Positions 10,167 to 20,353 of a stretch of DNA of 64,000 nucleotides are shown piece after piece (positions within the stretch are counted from its first letter, which is position 1; the number at the start of each line of letters is the position of its first letter). Position numbers and translations under genes: made by a program. A model generated the notes under the pieces. It ran no database searches. It was not told where the DNA came from and saw only the letters and a program-made list of their open reading frames with translations. Origin of the DNA: an uncultured bacterium. GTDB taxonomy: Bacteria > Armatimonadota > Abditibacteriia > Abditibacteriales > Abditibacteriaceae. Location: the NCBI GenBank assembly GCA_963843795.1, contig CAWJLW010000006.1:2046001-2110000 (forward strand), given 5' to 3'.

Positions 10167-13100
10167 GACGTGGCTGTTTCAGCGTCTTCAGCGTCGGCTT
10201 CTGCAGCGTGACGTGAAGCGGGCAGTAATTTCTCGACTTGATAGTTTGCTGATTTAGCCCGCGCGCAAAGCTCGCGCCACGTTTCCAACGCTATGGCAAT
10301 TTGCGCTTCGTCGCCAGATTTTTCCGAACTCAGCAAACTCTGTGTGCTGAACCAGAACGTCAACTGTTCCCACGCCTCGCGATTGAACCACAGCGCGTCC
10401 TGATGGCGATTCACACCCAGCAATTGCACCGCGTCTTCGCTCGCGAACAATTCCGCCAGAAGCTCATCATCGTTTTCAAATTCGGGAAAAGACAGCAAAG
10501 TTTGCAGCATGAGCAGCGTTTGATCGGCGCTAAATTCGTCCATCCCCAGCGCAATAAATGCCCGTTTCATGCGCGCGCTCAGCAACCATTCTTCTAGCAC
10601 ACTGCAAGTACTTGCAGTGTGCTTTTCGTCATCTTCCGACTCCATTTCGATTTTGGGCACAGCCAACGGTAAATCAGCGACAATCGCGTGGCCCAGCAGC
10701 AGCGCCCACGCGCCCAGATTATCGACGTGTGGACGCAAATCGCCTTCGCCCCAACCGGCCAAATTCGCGGCGCGTTGGCGCACGTTGGCCGCGAGTTGCG
10801 CGACCGGCATTTGCAGCGATTGATGTTCGTTCAAGGCGCGGAAAAATGCCAGAGCGCGCGTTTCCAAACTATCCAAAGCCGAAAAATCAATTTCCCATGT
10901 CTCAGTTTTGGCGACCGTGTGCGGCAGGGAACCGATGTTTGCACTTTCGAGTTCAGCTTTGGAATTTTCAATTGTGGCGACCAGAAAATGTGGCGCAGGC
11001 ATTAAACGGCGCAACAAATCCGCCGACAACAATTGATCGAAAGGCGCGTGCAGGTCGACCAATTCGCTTTCGCGCAATGCAACGGCGATGCTGCTGACGC
11101 CGCGCCCATTCAATTCGTGGTGCAAAGCCGCGTAACGTCCATCTTCATCGCGCACTTCGCGCAAATCAATCCATACATGGCGGCCATACGCGCTTAGTTC
11201 GACATACAAACCGCGCTCGCACAGCTCACGGCTCGAACGAATCCATTCCAAGCCCGAAGCGATGTCGCGCATCAGCAAAAACATTTCCGCATCGTTGCTG
11301 ACGCCCAGAACGTTATCGACGGTTTTCTGGCGCAGTTCGCCCGCGCCTTTATCAAACGCTGCCGCCGAAGTGCGAATCCAGCCGCGCGTATCGCCGAAAC
11401 GATTGTTATAAATCACCAAAGCGCGATCTTCGCCGTCGCGGTTGGCATACGCGAAAACGTTTTCATCGACGCCGCCATCGACGTGAAAGAAATCGAACAA
11501 AGCGAAATTCTCGACTTCAGCGAACAAACGCCGACGGTGCAAAAGCGGAAAAATCTCACGGGCATGACGTTCAACGAGCCATTCGTTCGGCGTTTCGTGC
11601 CACTTCGCCTGCCGATATTCCATGCCGTATTTTTCGTGCAGGCCTTCGACTTGGCCGTGCCCGAACATCGGCAAACCGGGAAGGGTCGCCATCATCGTAC
11701 ACACGCCGAAGTACTTGTCGCCGTCGCCGAACTGGTCAATCGCGGTTTCTTCATCGGGATTATTGACGAAGTTCACAAAGCGTTTCAAAATATCGGGGTC
11801 GAATTCCAGCGTATTTTTCAGCGTGAGGCGATAATTCTGGTTTTCTTCGTCACGCAACATGTTCATGAAGGCAGAATTGTAAACGCGATGCATACCCAAA
11901 CTGCGCACGAAATAGCCTTCCATCATCCAGAACGCTTCGGCCAAAAGCAGCGTGTCGGGCGCTTCCTGCGCCACGCGATCAACCACTTCGCGCCAGAATT
12001 CTTCCGGCACAAGGGCATCGAATTCGTCCATCGTGAGGCCGAACCAACTGCGTGAGGGAATATCGCCACCGGTTCCCGGTTCCGGAAACCATAAACGCTG
12101 ATAATGGCGCTTGGCCAGAGTCATCGCGGCGTCGAAACGAATAATGGGAAAATGGCGCGCGACGTGCAAAATCGTTTGAATCACGGCTTCGCGCACTTCG
12201 GCCATCAGATAATTTAGCTGGGCGGTATCGTTCCACGGCATCAGCGTGCCGTCGTTGCCATGATAAACGTAGCGCACATCGTTGGTCGCGTAATCTATGC
12301 GCTGAAAGACAACCGCAGCTTCGGTTTGCGAATAATAACCGTCTTCCAAAAAGATGCCGATATGCGGTTCGGGCGACAAGTTTTGACCGGTGAAGGTGTA
12401 GGTTGAAAACGGACTTTTGTCGGTCGAAACGAACCAATCGGGATGATTGACAACCCAATCGGCGTCGATGCCCATGTGGTTCGGCACCATATCCGAAGCC
12501 ATACGAATGCCGCGTTTCAAAGCGCGCAAGCGCAAATCGTCCAGCGCGGGCCAACCGCCCAAATCGTCGGCGATTTCGTAGCGTTTCAAGGAATACGCCG
12601 AAGCCTCCGCATCAGGATTGCCACAACTTTGCTTGATGGTTTTCGAGGCAACCGAGCGCTCCCACAAACCGATGAGCCACAAACCGGTAAAGCCCTGCTC
12701 TTGCAGTTCATCCAGTTCGGCATCAGGAACTTTGTCGAGGGAATAAATCGGCGCTTGATATTTGCGGCACAACTGTTCGAGCCACACGTAGGCATTTTTA
12801 GCTAGCACGACGGCGCGCGGCATCCAATCGCGATCATCGCTGAAACGCTCTGGTTCTTCCATTTCGACCTCACTACGCAAACGCGCACGCTTGTAATCCG
12901 GCACCAAAGCCGGACCGGGGCCGGTGAACATCGGCTTTTCTTCTTCGGCCAGCCAATCCAAACCGCGCAGCACGCCCGGAAATTGGCCGCCCAAAAAACC
13001 AATCCAACGATTCGACAGCCAGCGCAATTGCGCGCTGAGCGTTTCCTGCGCAAACGGCGTTTGAAGCAAATCGAACAAGTTCTGGCCATCGGGACCGAAC

Positions 13101-13723
13101 GGGTCGAGTTCGGCGAGATAGATGCGCAAACCTTCGATGATTTTCGGATAGGTGGTTTGCGTCGCCAGAGTAGAATCATCGAACAATTCGCGCATCTGGC
13201 GCGCGGCGGGATTGGTGTTGGTAAGCCACAAAATCAGCAATTCTTCCAGCACGATTTCGCGGTGCGGCGTGCCATTGGTTTCGCCCTGCAAGTACTTGCG
13301 GGCTTCGATTTCGCCGTTATAAACCGCCAATGGCGGAAATTCTTCCACGAAATGCAACAGCGTGGCATCCAAAGATTCGCCGACTTGGGTGGCAAGTACT
13401 TGCAGCACATCCGAAAACAGATTCGGGCTTTTCTGCGCGCGAAACTGCGCGATAACATGATGCCAGATTTCGTCGATTAAACCCAGCGCGTTCAGTTCAC
13501 CCGCGCGCACAAAATCGGTGCTGTTTTCGGCGCGACGCTGATTATTGATCTGATCGGCGAACTGTTGAGCGGCCTGAAAATCGGCCAGTAAAACGCGGCC
13601 ATCGCTGGCGAAAAGCGCCTGATCGAAGCCATATTTATCGCGCGCACGGCGCGAAACGTGAAATTCGCGCCAGTCGAGAGGCAAAGACGAAAGGGAAGAT
13701 TCCAAAGAAGTGATTCGCAGCAT
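10163..13723 (-). CDS. Large alpha-amylase family (GH13) glycoside hydrolase
   Basis: DMVPNH, RFDAAM nucleophile, LAEAFW acid/base, NNPDE; start uncertain. Confidence 0.85.
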   Translation of the reverse strand: MLRITSLESSLSSLPLDWREFHVSRRARDKYGFDQALFASDGRVLLADFQAAQQFADQINNQRRAENSTDFVRAGELNALGLIDEIWHHVIAQFRAQKSPNLFSDVLQVLATQVGESLDATLLHFVEEFPPLAVYNGEIEARKYLQGETNGTPHREIVLEELLILWLTNTNPAARQMRELFDDSTLATQTTYPKIIEGLRIYLAELDPFGPDGQNLFDLLQTPFAQETLSAQLRWLSNRWIGFLGGQFPGVLRGLDWLAEEEKPMFTGPGPALVPDYKRARLRSEVEMEEPERFSDDRDWMPRAVVLAKNAYVWLEQLCRKYQAPIYSLDKVPDAELDELQEQGFTGLWLIGLWERSVASKTIKQSCGNPDAEASAYSLKRYEIADDLGGWPALDDLRLRALKRGIRMASDMVPNHMGIDADWVVNHPDWFVSTDKSPFSTYTFTGQNLSPEPHIGIFLEDGYYSQTEAAVVFQRIDYATNDVRYVYHGNDGTLMPWNDTAQLNYLMAEVREAVIQTILHVARHFPIIRFDAAMTLAKRHYQRLWFPEPGTGGDIPSRSWFGLTMDEFDALVPEEFWREVVDRVAQEAPDTLLLAEAFWMMEGYFVRSLGMHRVYNSAFMNMLRDEENQNYRLTLKNTLEFDPDILKRFVNFVNNPDEETAIDQFGDGDKYFGVCTMMATLPGLPMFGHGQVEGLHEKYGMEYRQAKWHETPNEWLVERHAREIFPLLHRRRLFAEVENFALFDFFHVDGGVDENVFAYANRDGEDRALVIYNNRFGDTRGWIRTSAAAFDKGAGELRQKTVDNVLGVSNDAEMFLLMRDIASGLEWIRSSRELCERGLYVELSAYGRHVWIDLREVRDEDGRYAALHHELNGRGVSSIAVALRESELVDLHAPFDQLLSADLLRRLMPAPHFLVATIENSKAELESANIGSLPHTVAKTETWEIDFSALDSLETRALAFFRALNEHQSLQMPVAQLAANVRQRAANLAGWGEGDLRPHVDNLGAWALLLGHAIVADLPLAVPKIEMESEDDEKHTASTCSVLEEWLLSARMKRAFIALGMDEFSADQTLLMLQTLLSFPEFENDDELLAELFASEDAVQLLGVNRHQDALWFNREAWEQLTFWFSTQSLLSSEKSGDEAQIAIALETWRELCARAKSANYQVEKLLPASRHAAEADAEDAETATS

Positions 13724-13884
13724 AACTCTCCATTTCACCACAACGCACGGATTTTATCACTATTTCTTCCAAATATACCTGCGGGCGAAAATTGCTTGAC
13801 AAATCCTCGTCGAAAAGTCATTCTGCTAAAATACAGCGCTGTAGGCACTGTACCGAAGGTTCGAACACTAAGGATGTCTGAAAG

Positions 13885-14558
13885 ATGAGACGAAATGGTT
13901 TTACGAGGTTAGAAGCGGGCATCATTTTATCAGCCGCATTAGTGACAGTCACATTGCTGGTGCCTGTGATGGCGCAGGCTCGTGCGAATTGGTTGCAGAA
14001 TCAGAGAAAGAATCAATTTCAATGCATGAATAATCTAAAAACGATTGGTATGAGTATTCTACTCTACAATCAAGATTATGATGAGTGGCATCCACCGGTC
14101 GCTGCCCATGAGCCAAGAGCGCATGGCTGGGCCGATTTGCTATATCCAGATTATGTCAAAGATCGGACGGCATTTCAGTGCCCCTCAGAAAAAATGATCG
14201 CAGTGATAATCCAAAGCAGGCGGGCTATACAGACTACTGGTACAACTCCAATTTCAGTGGCAAAAATATCTACGTCATTGACGCGGAGAACTGGACACCA
14301 CAACCTGTTGCGCAAACTATTATGTTAGGCGATGGAGACGGTGGTTACGCAACTTCAAGTGCACGGTATTCAATCAATACCCTGCCGAAAATCTGGGACA
14401 AAACCGCTAATTCACCTGTTAAACGTCACTTGGGAGGAGCGAATTACGCTTTTGCCGATGGGCACGTCAAATGGTTACGACCTCATCAAATTACGTCGAG
14501 TGCCGGATCGGATTCGAAAAATGAAGTATACAGCTTTAAAATTCCAAGCCCGAAATAA
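13885..14558 (+). pseudogene. DUF1559/prepilin-like H-X9-DG protein, split by a frameshift
   Basis: RNGFTRLE...CMNNLK...YNQDYDE...FQCPSE in one frame; RHLGGANYAFADGHVKW in another; junction at the A6 run 14189-14194. Confidence 0.75.
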
Positions 14559-14579
14559 ACAGCGGGCATAGCACAACAT

Positions 14580-15947
14580 TCACTTTTTCAAATCGCGCTC
14601 AGTTTTTTCACTCGTCACGCGAAAGCCTGCTGCTTGGAACGCGCGCTGCGTCGAAGGCAAGGCGTTCATCAATTTCCAAATCGTGCCGTTGCGCTGGTTT
14701 TCGGTGGCGAGAAGCATCATGCCCAAGTCGATGCCGATGACATCTTGGTCGAACCAGTTTTCGTCCAGATTGAACGCGTTGGCGAAGCCGTAATCGCCCC
14801 ACAAGTGGTCGCTGTGCGCTACGTATAAATCGCGCGCGAAATTCTTGGCGGCGTTTTCATCGAACGTAATCGAGGCAATTGCGCCCGTCGGCGAAACTGT
14901 GCCGTCTTCTCTTGCGGGCGGCACGCCAAACGCGTTGTAGCCGCGCGGGCCGTCGCTGGCGTTTAAAGCCCACCAACCTTCGCGAAACGTTTGGCGTTGG
15001 GTTGGATTATTTCGGGCGAAACGGAGTTGGGTTTCGATGGCATGCTGCGAAGAAACCCAGTAATCCCAGCCCGAACGGTCGCGCTGATTTTTGAAATCGA
15101 ACCAGCCGTGCGGCATTTGATGAATGAAAATCGGGCCAGCGCGCAAACTTTCCATTCCATCGTAAATTTGCGTCGGACGGCGCAGCGCGTCCCAGCACGC
15201 GGGCGGCAAAGGATTGGTTTTCGCGCCCATTCCGAGCAGCAGCGTGATGATGTTTTCGCTGTATTCTTCGTAGTTGTAATCGAGAAATTTGCCTTCACGC
15301 CAGCCGTGCGAAAGCCACAATTTATCGGGCTTTTCGCCACCATTGGTCAGCATCCAATGCCAGTCGATGCGGTCGTAAAGTTGTTGCGAACGCTCGAAAA
15401 TTGCGGGATGCGACTTCTCGAAACTTTGCCCGCACACCAGCGCGCCGCAGACCAAAAGCGCGGTATCGATGGACGAAACTTCGCTGTTCCACACAGTTTT
15501 TCCGTCGTGCTTATCGACGAAATGGTGCAGCCAGCCGTGCTGATTCGGCATTGTCAAAAGGAAATCGAGCGTTTGCTGTGCGCGCGCCGCGCCTTCGTTT
15601 TCGCTAATCCAGCCGCGTTCGATGGCAATAGGAATCGCTGCCAACGCGTAGCCAGTTGAAGCAATAGACGCGACATTATAAGTGTCGCCGCCGCGATTGG
15701 GCGCGCGATCTTGCACCAAACCAGTGCGCGCATCGGCTTTTTCCCAGAAAAAGCGCCACGCGCGAAATTCGCACTCGGCAAGTATTTGCTCAGCGGAAAG
15801 CGGCGGCCACAGCGCATTAGCCGCTGCGACAACTTTGGGCGGCGCAAGTACTCGAGCATGCGTTTGCGGCGCTGCAAGTACTTGCAAAAGGACGAAGAAA
15901 AGTGCGAACGATTTATACTGGGCGCGTATTGAAAAAGGAGATTTCAT
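14580..15947 (-). CDS. Secreted glucoamylase-like/GH144-type (endo-beta-1,2-glucanase-like) glycoside hydrolase
   Basis: Signal peptide; ASIASTGYAL, EVSSIDTAL, GPIFIHQ, ASDGP, GIDLG motifs. Confidence 0.75.
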   Translation of the reverse strand: MKSPFSIRAQYKSFALFFVLLQVLAAPQTHARVLAPPKVVAAANALWPPLSAEQILAECEFRAWRFFWEKADARTGLVQDRAPNRGGDTYNVASIASTGYALAAIPIAIERGWISENEGAARAQQTLDFLLTMPNQHGWLHHFVDKHDGKTVWNSEVSSIDTALLVCGALVCGQSFEKSHPAIFERSQQLYDRIDWHWMLTNGGEKPDKLWLSHGWREGKFLDYNYEEYSENIITLLLGMGAKTNPLPPACWDALRRPTQIYDGMESLRAGPIFIHQMPHGWFDFKNQRDRSGWDYWVSSQHAIETQLRFARNNPTQRQTFREGWWALNASDGPRGYNAFGVPPAREDGTVSPTGAIASITFDENAAKNFARDLYVAHSDHLWGDYGFANAFNLDENWFDQDVIGIDLGMMLLATENQRNGTIWKLMNALPSTQRAFQAAGFRVTSEKTERDLKK

Positions 15948-16191
15948 GTTAATTGCTTACGAACCTAACAGCGACGTTTTGACCATCACTTTAGCCGCCG
16001 CACCGGTTGCCCAAAATCAGTTGCAGGGAAGCTGCACCGTCGGTTTCGACGCCACAGGCCGACCAGTTTCGATCGCGATTCCAGACGCTTCGACCCTGCT
16101 CTGGGAGCGCGGTGGACAAGTGCAAATCGCGCTGCCCGAAGTCGCGACTGTGGTAGAAACCACCATCGTCACCGAAAAGCCAGTTTCGTAA
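15946..16191 (+). CDS. DUF2283-like small protein
   Basis: MLIAYEPNSDVLTITL...VGFDATGRPVSIAI; AAGGAG RBS. Confidence 0.6.
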   Translation: MLIAYEPNSDVLTITLAAAPVAQNQLQGSCTVGFDATGRPVSIAIPDASTLLWERGGQVQIALPEVATVVETTIVTEKPVS

Positions 16192-16216
16192 TTCGTTTCA
16201 ATTCCAATTTCGTAAA

Positions 16217-16258
16217 AATGAAAAGCGCCCCGCAAGTACTTGCGGGGCGCTTTTCATT
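16217..16258. terminator. 42-bp perfect palindrome centred on GCAAGTACTTGC; bidirectional terminator-like
   Basis: AATGAAAAGCGCCCCGCAAGT|ACTTGCGGGGCGCTTTTCATT between convergent genes. Confidence 0.85.
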
Positions 16259-17513
16259 ATCCGTTCAACAATTGACGCCGCAGCAGTTCAATCGCCCACA
16301 GCGCGCCGCGTTTCTTCACGTCATCGCGATTGCCGTGAAGTTCGTGGCGCGCGCTGATTTCCACGCCATCTGGCCCGCACAGACCGATGCAAACCGTGCC
16401 GACTTTGGCCCCGCTGCTGGGATTCGGTCCGGCTTCTCCAGTTGTGGCCAAAGCCCAATCAGCGCCGCACAATTCGCGAGCGCCGCGCGCCATCGCAATG
16501 GCCACGTTTTCGCTGACGACGCCATCGGTTTCGATGGTTTCGGCGGGCACGTTTAACAAGCCGCGTTTGAGATCTTCGTGATAAGCGATGACGCCGCCGC
16601 GCAGCACTTGCGAAGAGCCGGAAATATCGGTGAGCAAAGAACCGATGAGTCCGCCGGTGACGGATTCTGCAGTCGCGAGAGTTTGGCCGCGCTCCTTGAG
16701 CAAATCGAGCAAAATCGAAGGCAAGGTTTGGTCGTCGCTGCCGAAAAGATATTCTCCGACACCTTCGCGCGCGCGAATTGTGGCTTCCATTTCGTCCAAC
16801 ACCCTTTTGGCTGCAGCTTCGTTGGGCGCTTTGGCGGTCAGGCGCAGATGAACTTCGGTGTTCTGGTAAATCAAGGGTGCTACGGTCGGATTTTCGGCTG
16901 TGGTGAGAATATCTTCCAGCGGATCGGCCAAACCACTTTCTCCGATGCCAAAAGCGCGCAGCACGCGCGACACGATGACGGCGCGCTCGCCTTCCAACGA
17001 TTCGAGCAAAGCCGGAATCACGCTGTTATCCAACATCGCGATCATTTCGCGTGGCACGCCGGGCATCGCGAAAATTTGCTTTCCATTCGCATTTTTCGCG
17101 TGAATGCCGGGCGCGGTGCCCTGCGCGTTGGGAATATCTTGCGCGCCTTGGGGCAAATACGCTTGTCGCATGGTGCTGGAATTGGGCTTGAAACTGCGGT
17201 TGGCGAACCACGCGCGCAATCCGTCTTCCAAACGCTGCTGATGTTCTAAAGGCACGCCAAGAGACTTGGCGATGGCGTCGCGCGTGAGGTCGTCGGTCGT
17301 CGGGCCAAGTCCGCCGGTGATGATGAGAACGTCGGAATTGTCTAATGCGTTGGTAATGGCAGCGGCGATGCGGTCGAGATTATCGCCGAGGGTTTGTTTG
17401 CGGCGCACGTCGATGCCGGCGCGCGCGAGTTGTCGCCCGATGTAAGCGGCGTTGGTATCGATGATTTGACCGAGCAGCAGTTCGCTGCCCACACATAAAA
17501 TTTCAGCTTGCAC
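16257..17513 (-). CDS. cinA: CinA (competence/damage-inducible protein; NMN deamidase PncC C-terminal domain)
   Basis: GSELLLGQIIDTN, TGGLGPTTDDLT, PGVPREM, AESVTGG; GTG start with GGAG RBS. Confidence 0.93.
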   Translation of the reverse strand: MQAEILCVGSELLLGQIIDTNAAYIGRQLARAGIDVRRKQTLGDNLDRIAAAITNALDNSDVLIITGGLGPTTDDLTRDAIAKSLGVPLEHQQRLEDGLRAWFANRSFKPNSSTMRQAYLPQGAQDIPNAQGTAPGIHAKNANGKQIFAMPGVPREMIAMLDNSVIPALLESLEGERAVIVSRVLRAFGIGESGLADPLEDILTTAENPTVAPLIYQNTEVHLRLTAKAPNEAAAKRVLDEMEATIRAREGVGEYLFGSDDQTLPSILLDLLKERGQTLATAESVTGGLIGSLLTDISGSSQVLRGGVIAYHEDLKRGLLNVPAETIETDGVVSENVAIAMARGARELCGADWALATTGEAGPNPSSGAKVGTVCIGLCGPDGVEISARHELHGNRDDVKKRGALWAIELLRRQLLNG

Positions 17514-17755
17514 AATAACTCCAAAACGGGAATGTAGTCCCGGCAAGTACTTGCAGGGAGGTTAGAAACATTTTTAAATCGGGGACGCGCTCAATTATCG
17601 CTCATTTGACAACGTCGCGAAATCACCCTGCTTTACGCGGAACTCGTGCACTCACATATAATTAAATATCCGCAAATCATTGTCATAACACTCGGCAAGT
17701 ACTTGCCAGGACAGATTCGGAAGATGGGGCGGAACAATTTTCTTTGGAGGCACAG

Positions 17756-18940
17756 ATGAGAAATGTGATAGGTTGGGGCGCATTAGGTTTAAGTACATTG
17801 AGTTTGGCAGTTCTGGGTACGATGACGTTGCCCGCTAACGCGCAGACGGCGAAAATGGGACACAACAATCGCGCGACGATGGTGCGCGTGACCAAAGCCG
17901 CTTTCGGCAAATTGAAAGATGGGCGTAGCGTTGATATTTATACCTTGCACAATCGCAATGGAATGACGGCCAAAATCACCAACTTGGGCGGCATTGTGGT
18001 TTCGCTCAAAGCGCCCGACACAAAAGGGCGCTTCGCCGATGTCGTGATGGGCTTCGACACTCCGCAGGAATACATCACCAAAAACACTTATTTCGGCGCT
18101 TTAATCGGTCGTTTTGGCAATCGCATCGCCAAAGGCCAGTTCAAGCTTGATGGCAAAACTTACAAGTTGGCCACCAATAATGGTCCCAACCATTTGCACG
18201 GCGGCGTTGTCGGTTTCGATAAGAAAATCTGGCAGGCACGCCCAGTTTCCAAAGCGGGCGCTGCTGCGCTCGAACTGGTTTTATACAGCAAAAATGGCGA
18301 TGAAGGTTATCCGGGCAATTTGCGCACAAAAGTGATTTATTCGCTGACCGACCGGAACGAATTGCGTTTAGATTACAGCGCGGTCACCGACGCGCCGACG
18401 GTTATCAACCTGACGCACCACACTTATTTCAATCTTTACGGCGCGGGATTGAGCGATATTCTCAATCATCGCATGATGATTAATGCCAACCGGTTCACGC
18501 CGACCGATGCAACTGCGATTCCCACCGGCGAATTGCGCTCGGTGCGCGGCACGCCGTTCAACTTTCTGACTCCGCACGCCATTGGCGAACGCATTAATCA
18601 GAAAAATCAACAATTGATTTGGGGCACCGGTTACGATCACAACTTTGTCTTGAACAAAAAACGCAAAGGCGCTTTAACTCTTGCGGCACGTGTGAGCGAA
18701 CCGCGTTCGGGTCGCGTGATGACGGTTTACACGACTGAACCCGGCATTCAGCTTTACACCGGCAACTTTTTGGACGGTGTAGCGGGAATGTATGGTCGCA
18801 TTTATAACAAGCGCGGCGCGTTCTGTCTGGAAACCCAAAACTTCCCCGACGCGCCCAACCACGCTAATTTCCCGTCTTCGGTTTTGCGTCCGGGTCAGGT
18901 TTATCGCCAAACCACAACTTATCGCTTTTCGACACAGTAA
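17756..18940 (+). CDS. galM: Aldose 1-epimerase (galactose mutarotase) with signal peptide
   Basis: GRFGNRI, HLHGG, NLTHHTYFNL, GYDHN, FCLETQ. Confidence 0.93.
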   Translation: MRNVIGWGALGLSTLSLAVLGTMTLPANAQTAKMGHNNRATMVRVTKAAFGKLKDGRSVDIYTLHNRNGMTAKITNLGGIVVSLKAPDTKGRFADVVMGFDTPQEYITKNTYFGALIGRFGNRIAKGQFKLDGKTYKLATNNGPNHLHGGVVGFDKKIWQARPVSKAGAAALELVLYSKNGDEGYPGNLRTKVIYSLTDRNELRLDYSAVTDAPTVINLTHHTYFNLYGAGLSDILNHRMMINANRFTPTDATAIPTGELRSVRGTPFNFLTPHAIGERINQKNQQLIWGTGYDHNFVLNKKRKGALTLAARVSEPRSGRVMTVYTTEPGIQLYTGNFLDGVAGMYGRIYNKRGAFCLETQNFPDAPNHANFPSSVLRPGQVYRQTTTYRFSTQ

Positions 18941-18951
18941 TCTTTGAATCA

Positions 18952-19077
18952 ACCACAAAGGACGCGGAGAATACAGAGAACGGATGAGTGAAGAAGCTAT
19001 CTGCAAGTACTTGCAGATAAATCACAACAGTCCAAAACATTTTTACAAATCTCTGTGTTTTCCGCGTCCTGTGTGGT
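18952..19077. repeat. 28-bp imperfect inverted repeat (REP/MITE-like) enclosing a 22-bp palindrome
   Basis: ACCACAAAGGACGCGGAGAATACAGAGA (18952-18979) vs TCTCTGTGTTTTCCGCGTCCTGTGTGGT (19050-19077), 3 mismatches; TATCTGCAAGTACTTGCAGATA inside. Confidence 0.75.
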
Positions 19078-19091
19078 GATTTTCTCCATCA

Positions 19092-20279
19092 ATGCCTGGC
19101 TTGTATTTGCATATTCCGTTTTGCGCGCGCCGCTGCCCGTATTGTGATTTCGCAGTTCATATCGGTGGCGGCAGCGAATTTCAGGAAAAATATTTGCGGG
19201 CGTTGCACCAAGAAGTCGCAAGTACTTGCCGCGCCTTTGCCGCGCGCTTTCCCGACCAAAGCATCAGCACAATTTTCTGCGGCGGCGGCACTCCGACGGC
19301 AATCGGCGCGCGCGCACTGAACCAATTGCTGCAACTGGTTCGCGATTGTGCGCCGGTCAACGACAACGCAGAAATCACCCTTGAAGGCAATCCCGAAGAC
19401 CCGAATATCGAAACCTTGCAGGAACTTCAAGCTGGTGGTTGGAATCGCTTGTCACTGGGCGTGCAGAGTTTGGATGACGAGATTTTGCAAACCTTGGGGC
19501 GTCGGCATCGGCGTGCGCGCGTATACGAAGTTGTCGCGGCTTTACATGAAGTGAAGTGGAACAATTGGAGCCTCGATTTAATCTATGCTGTGCCGGGCCA
19601 ATCGTTGCAAAGCTGGCAGCAAACGCTTGAACAGGCTGTTGAATATTCGCCGTCGCATTTGTCGTGTTATTCCTTAACAATAGAAGAAGGCACCGCGTTC
19701 GGACGACGCGTGCGCGAAGGCCGCTTACAAGCTGTGGAAGACGATGTGCAAGCGCAGTTCATGAGCAACGCACAAAGCGTCTTGGAATGCGCCGGTTACA
19801 ATCGTTACGAAGTCAGTAATTACGCCCGACCGGGCGCGGAATGTCGGCATAACCTAGAGATTTGGCGTGGCGGCAATTATCTGGCGTGCGGCAATGGCGC
19901 TCACGGTCATTACGATGGCCATCGATGGTGGAACGAGCGCAATACTGCGCTTTATATCGAGCGCATGGCTCAAGCGAAAAATCCTACGGATGGCGAAGGT
20001 CTGGCGCGCGCGGGCGAAGAATGGTTAAATTCACGCCAACGTTTGGACGAACTGGTTCTGATGGGCTTGCGTTTGAACGAAGGATTCTCTATGGAAACGG
20101 TCTCCCAGCGTTGTGGTTTGGACGCGCAAGAAGAACTCGGTGACCGTATTGATGCGCTGCTTGAACGCGGAGTGTTGGAAAACCGGAGTTTTGGGGCAAA
20201 CTGTAAAGGTCGGATGATACGCGTTACACGCGATTGGTTGGCGATGGCCGATGCAGTAGCTTTGCAAGTATTGAGCTAA
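19092..20279 (+). CDS. hemW: Radical SAM heme chaperone HemW (HemN-like)
   Basis: YLHIPFCARRCPYCDF, GGGTPT, NRLSLGVQS, YEVSNYA, HN motif. Confidence 0.9.
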   Translation: MPGLYLHIPFCARRCPYCDFAVHIGGGSEFQEKYLRALHQEVASTCRAFAARFPDQSISTIFCGGGTPTAIGARALNQLLQLVRDCAPVNDNAEITLEGNPEDPNIETLQELQAGGWNRLSLGVQSLDDEILQTLGRRHRRARVYEVVAALHEVKWNNWSLDLIYAVPGQSLQSWQQTLEQAVEYSPSHLSCYSLTIEEGTAFGRRVREGRLQAVEDDVQAQFMSNAQSVLECAGYNRYEVSNYARPGAECRHNLEIWRGGNYLACGNGAHGHYDGHRWWNERNTALYIERMAQAKNPTDGEGLARAGEEWLNSRQRLDELVLMGLRLNEGFSMETVSQRCGLDAQEELGDRIDALLERGVLENRSFGANCKGRMIRVTRDWLAMADAVALQVLS

Positions 20280-20353
20280 GTTGCTATTGAGATTGTTAGA
20301 TTAAGCGAATCGAGATTAAATCAGGCGTACAAACGCCGAACGGAGAAAAAGCG

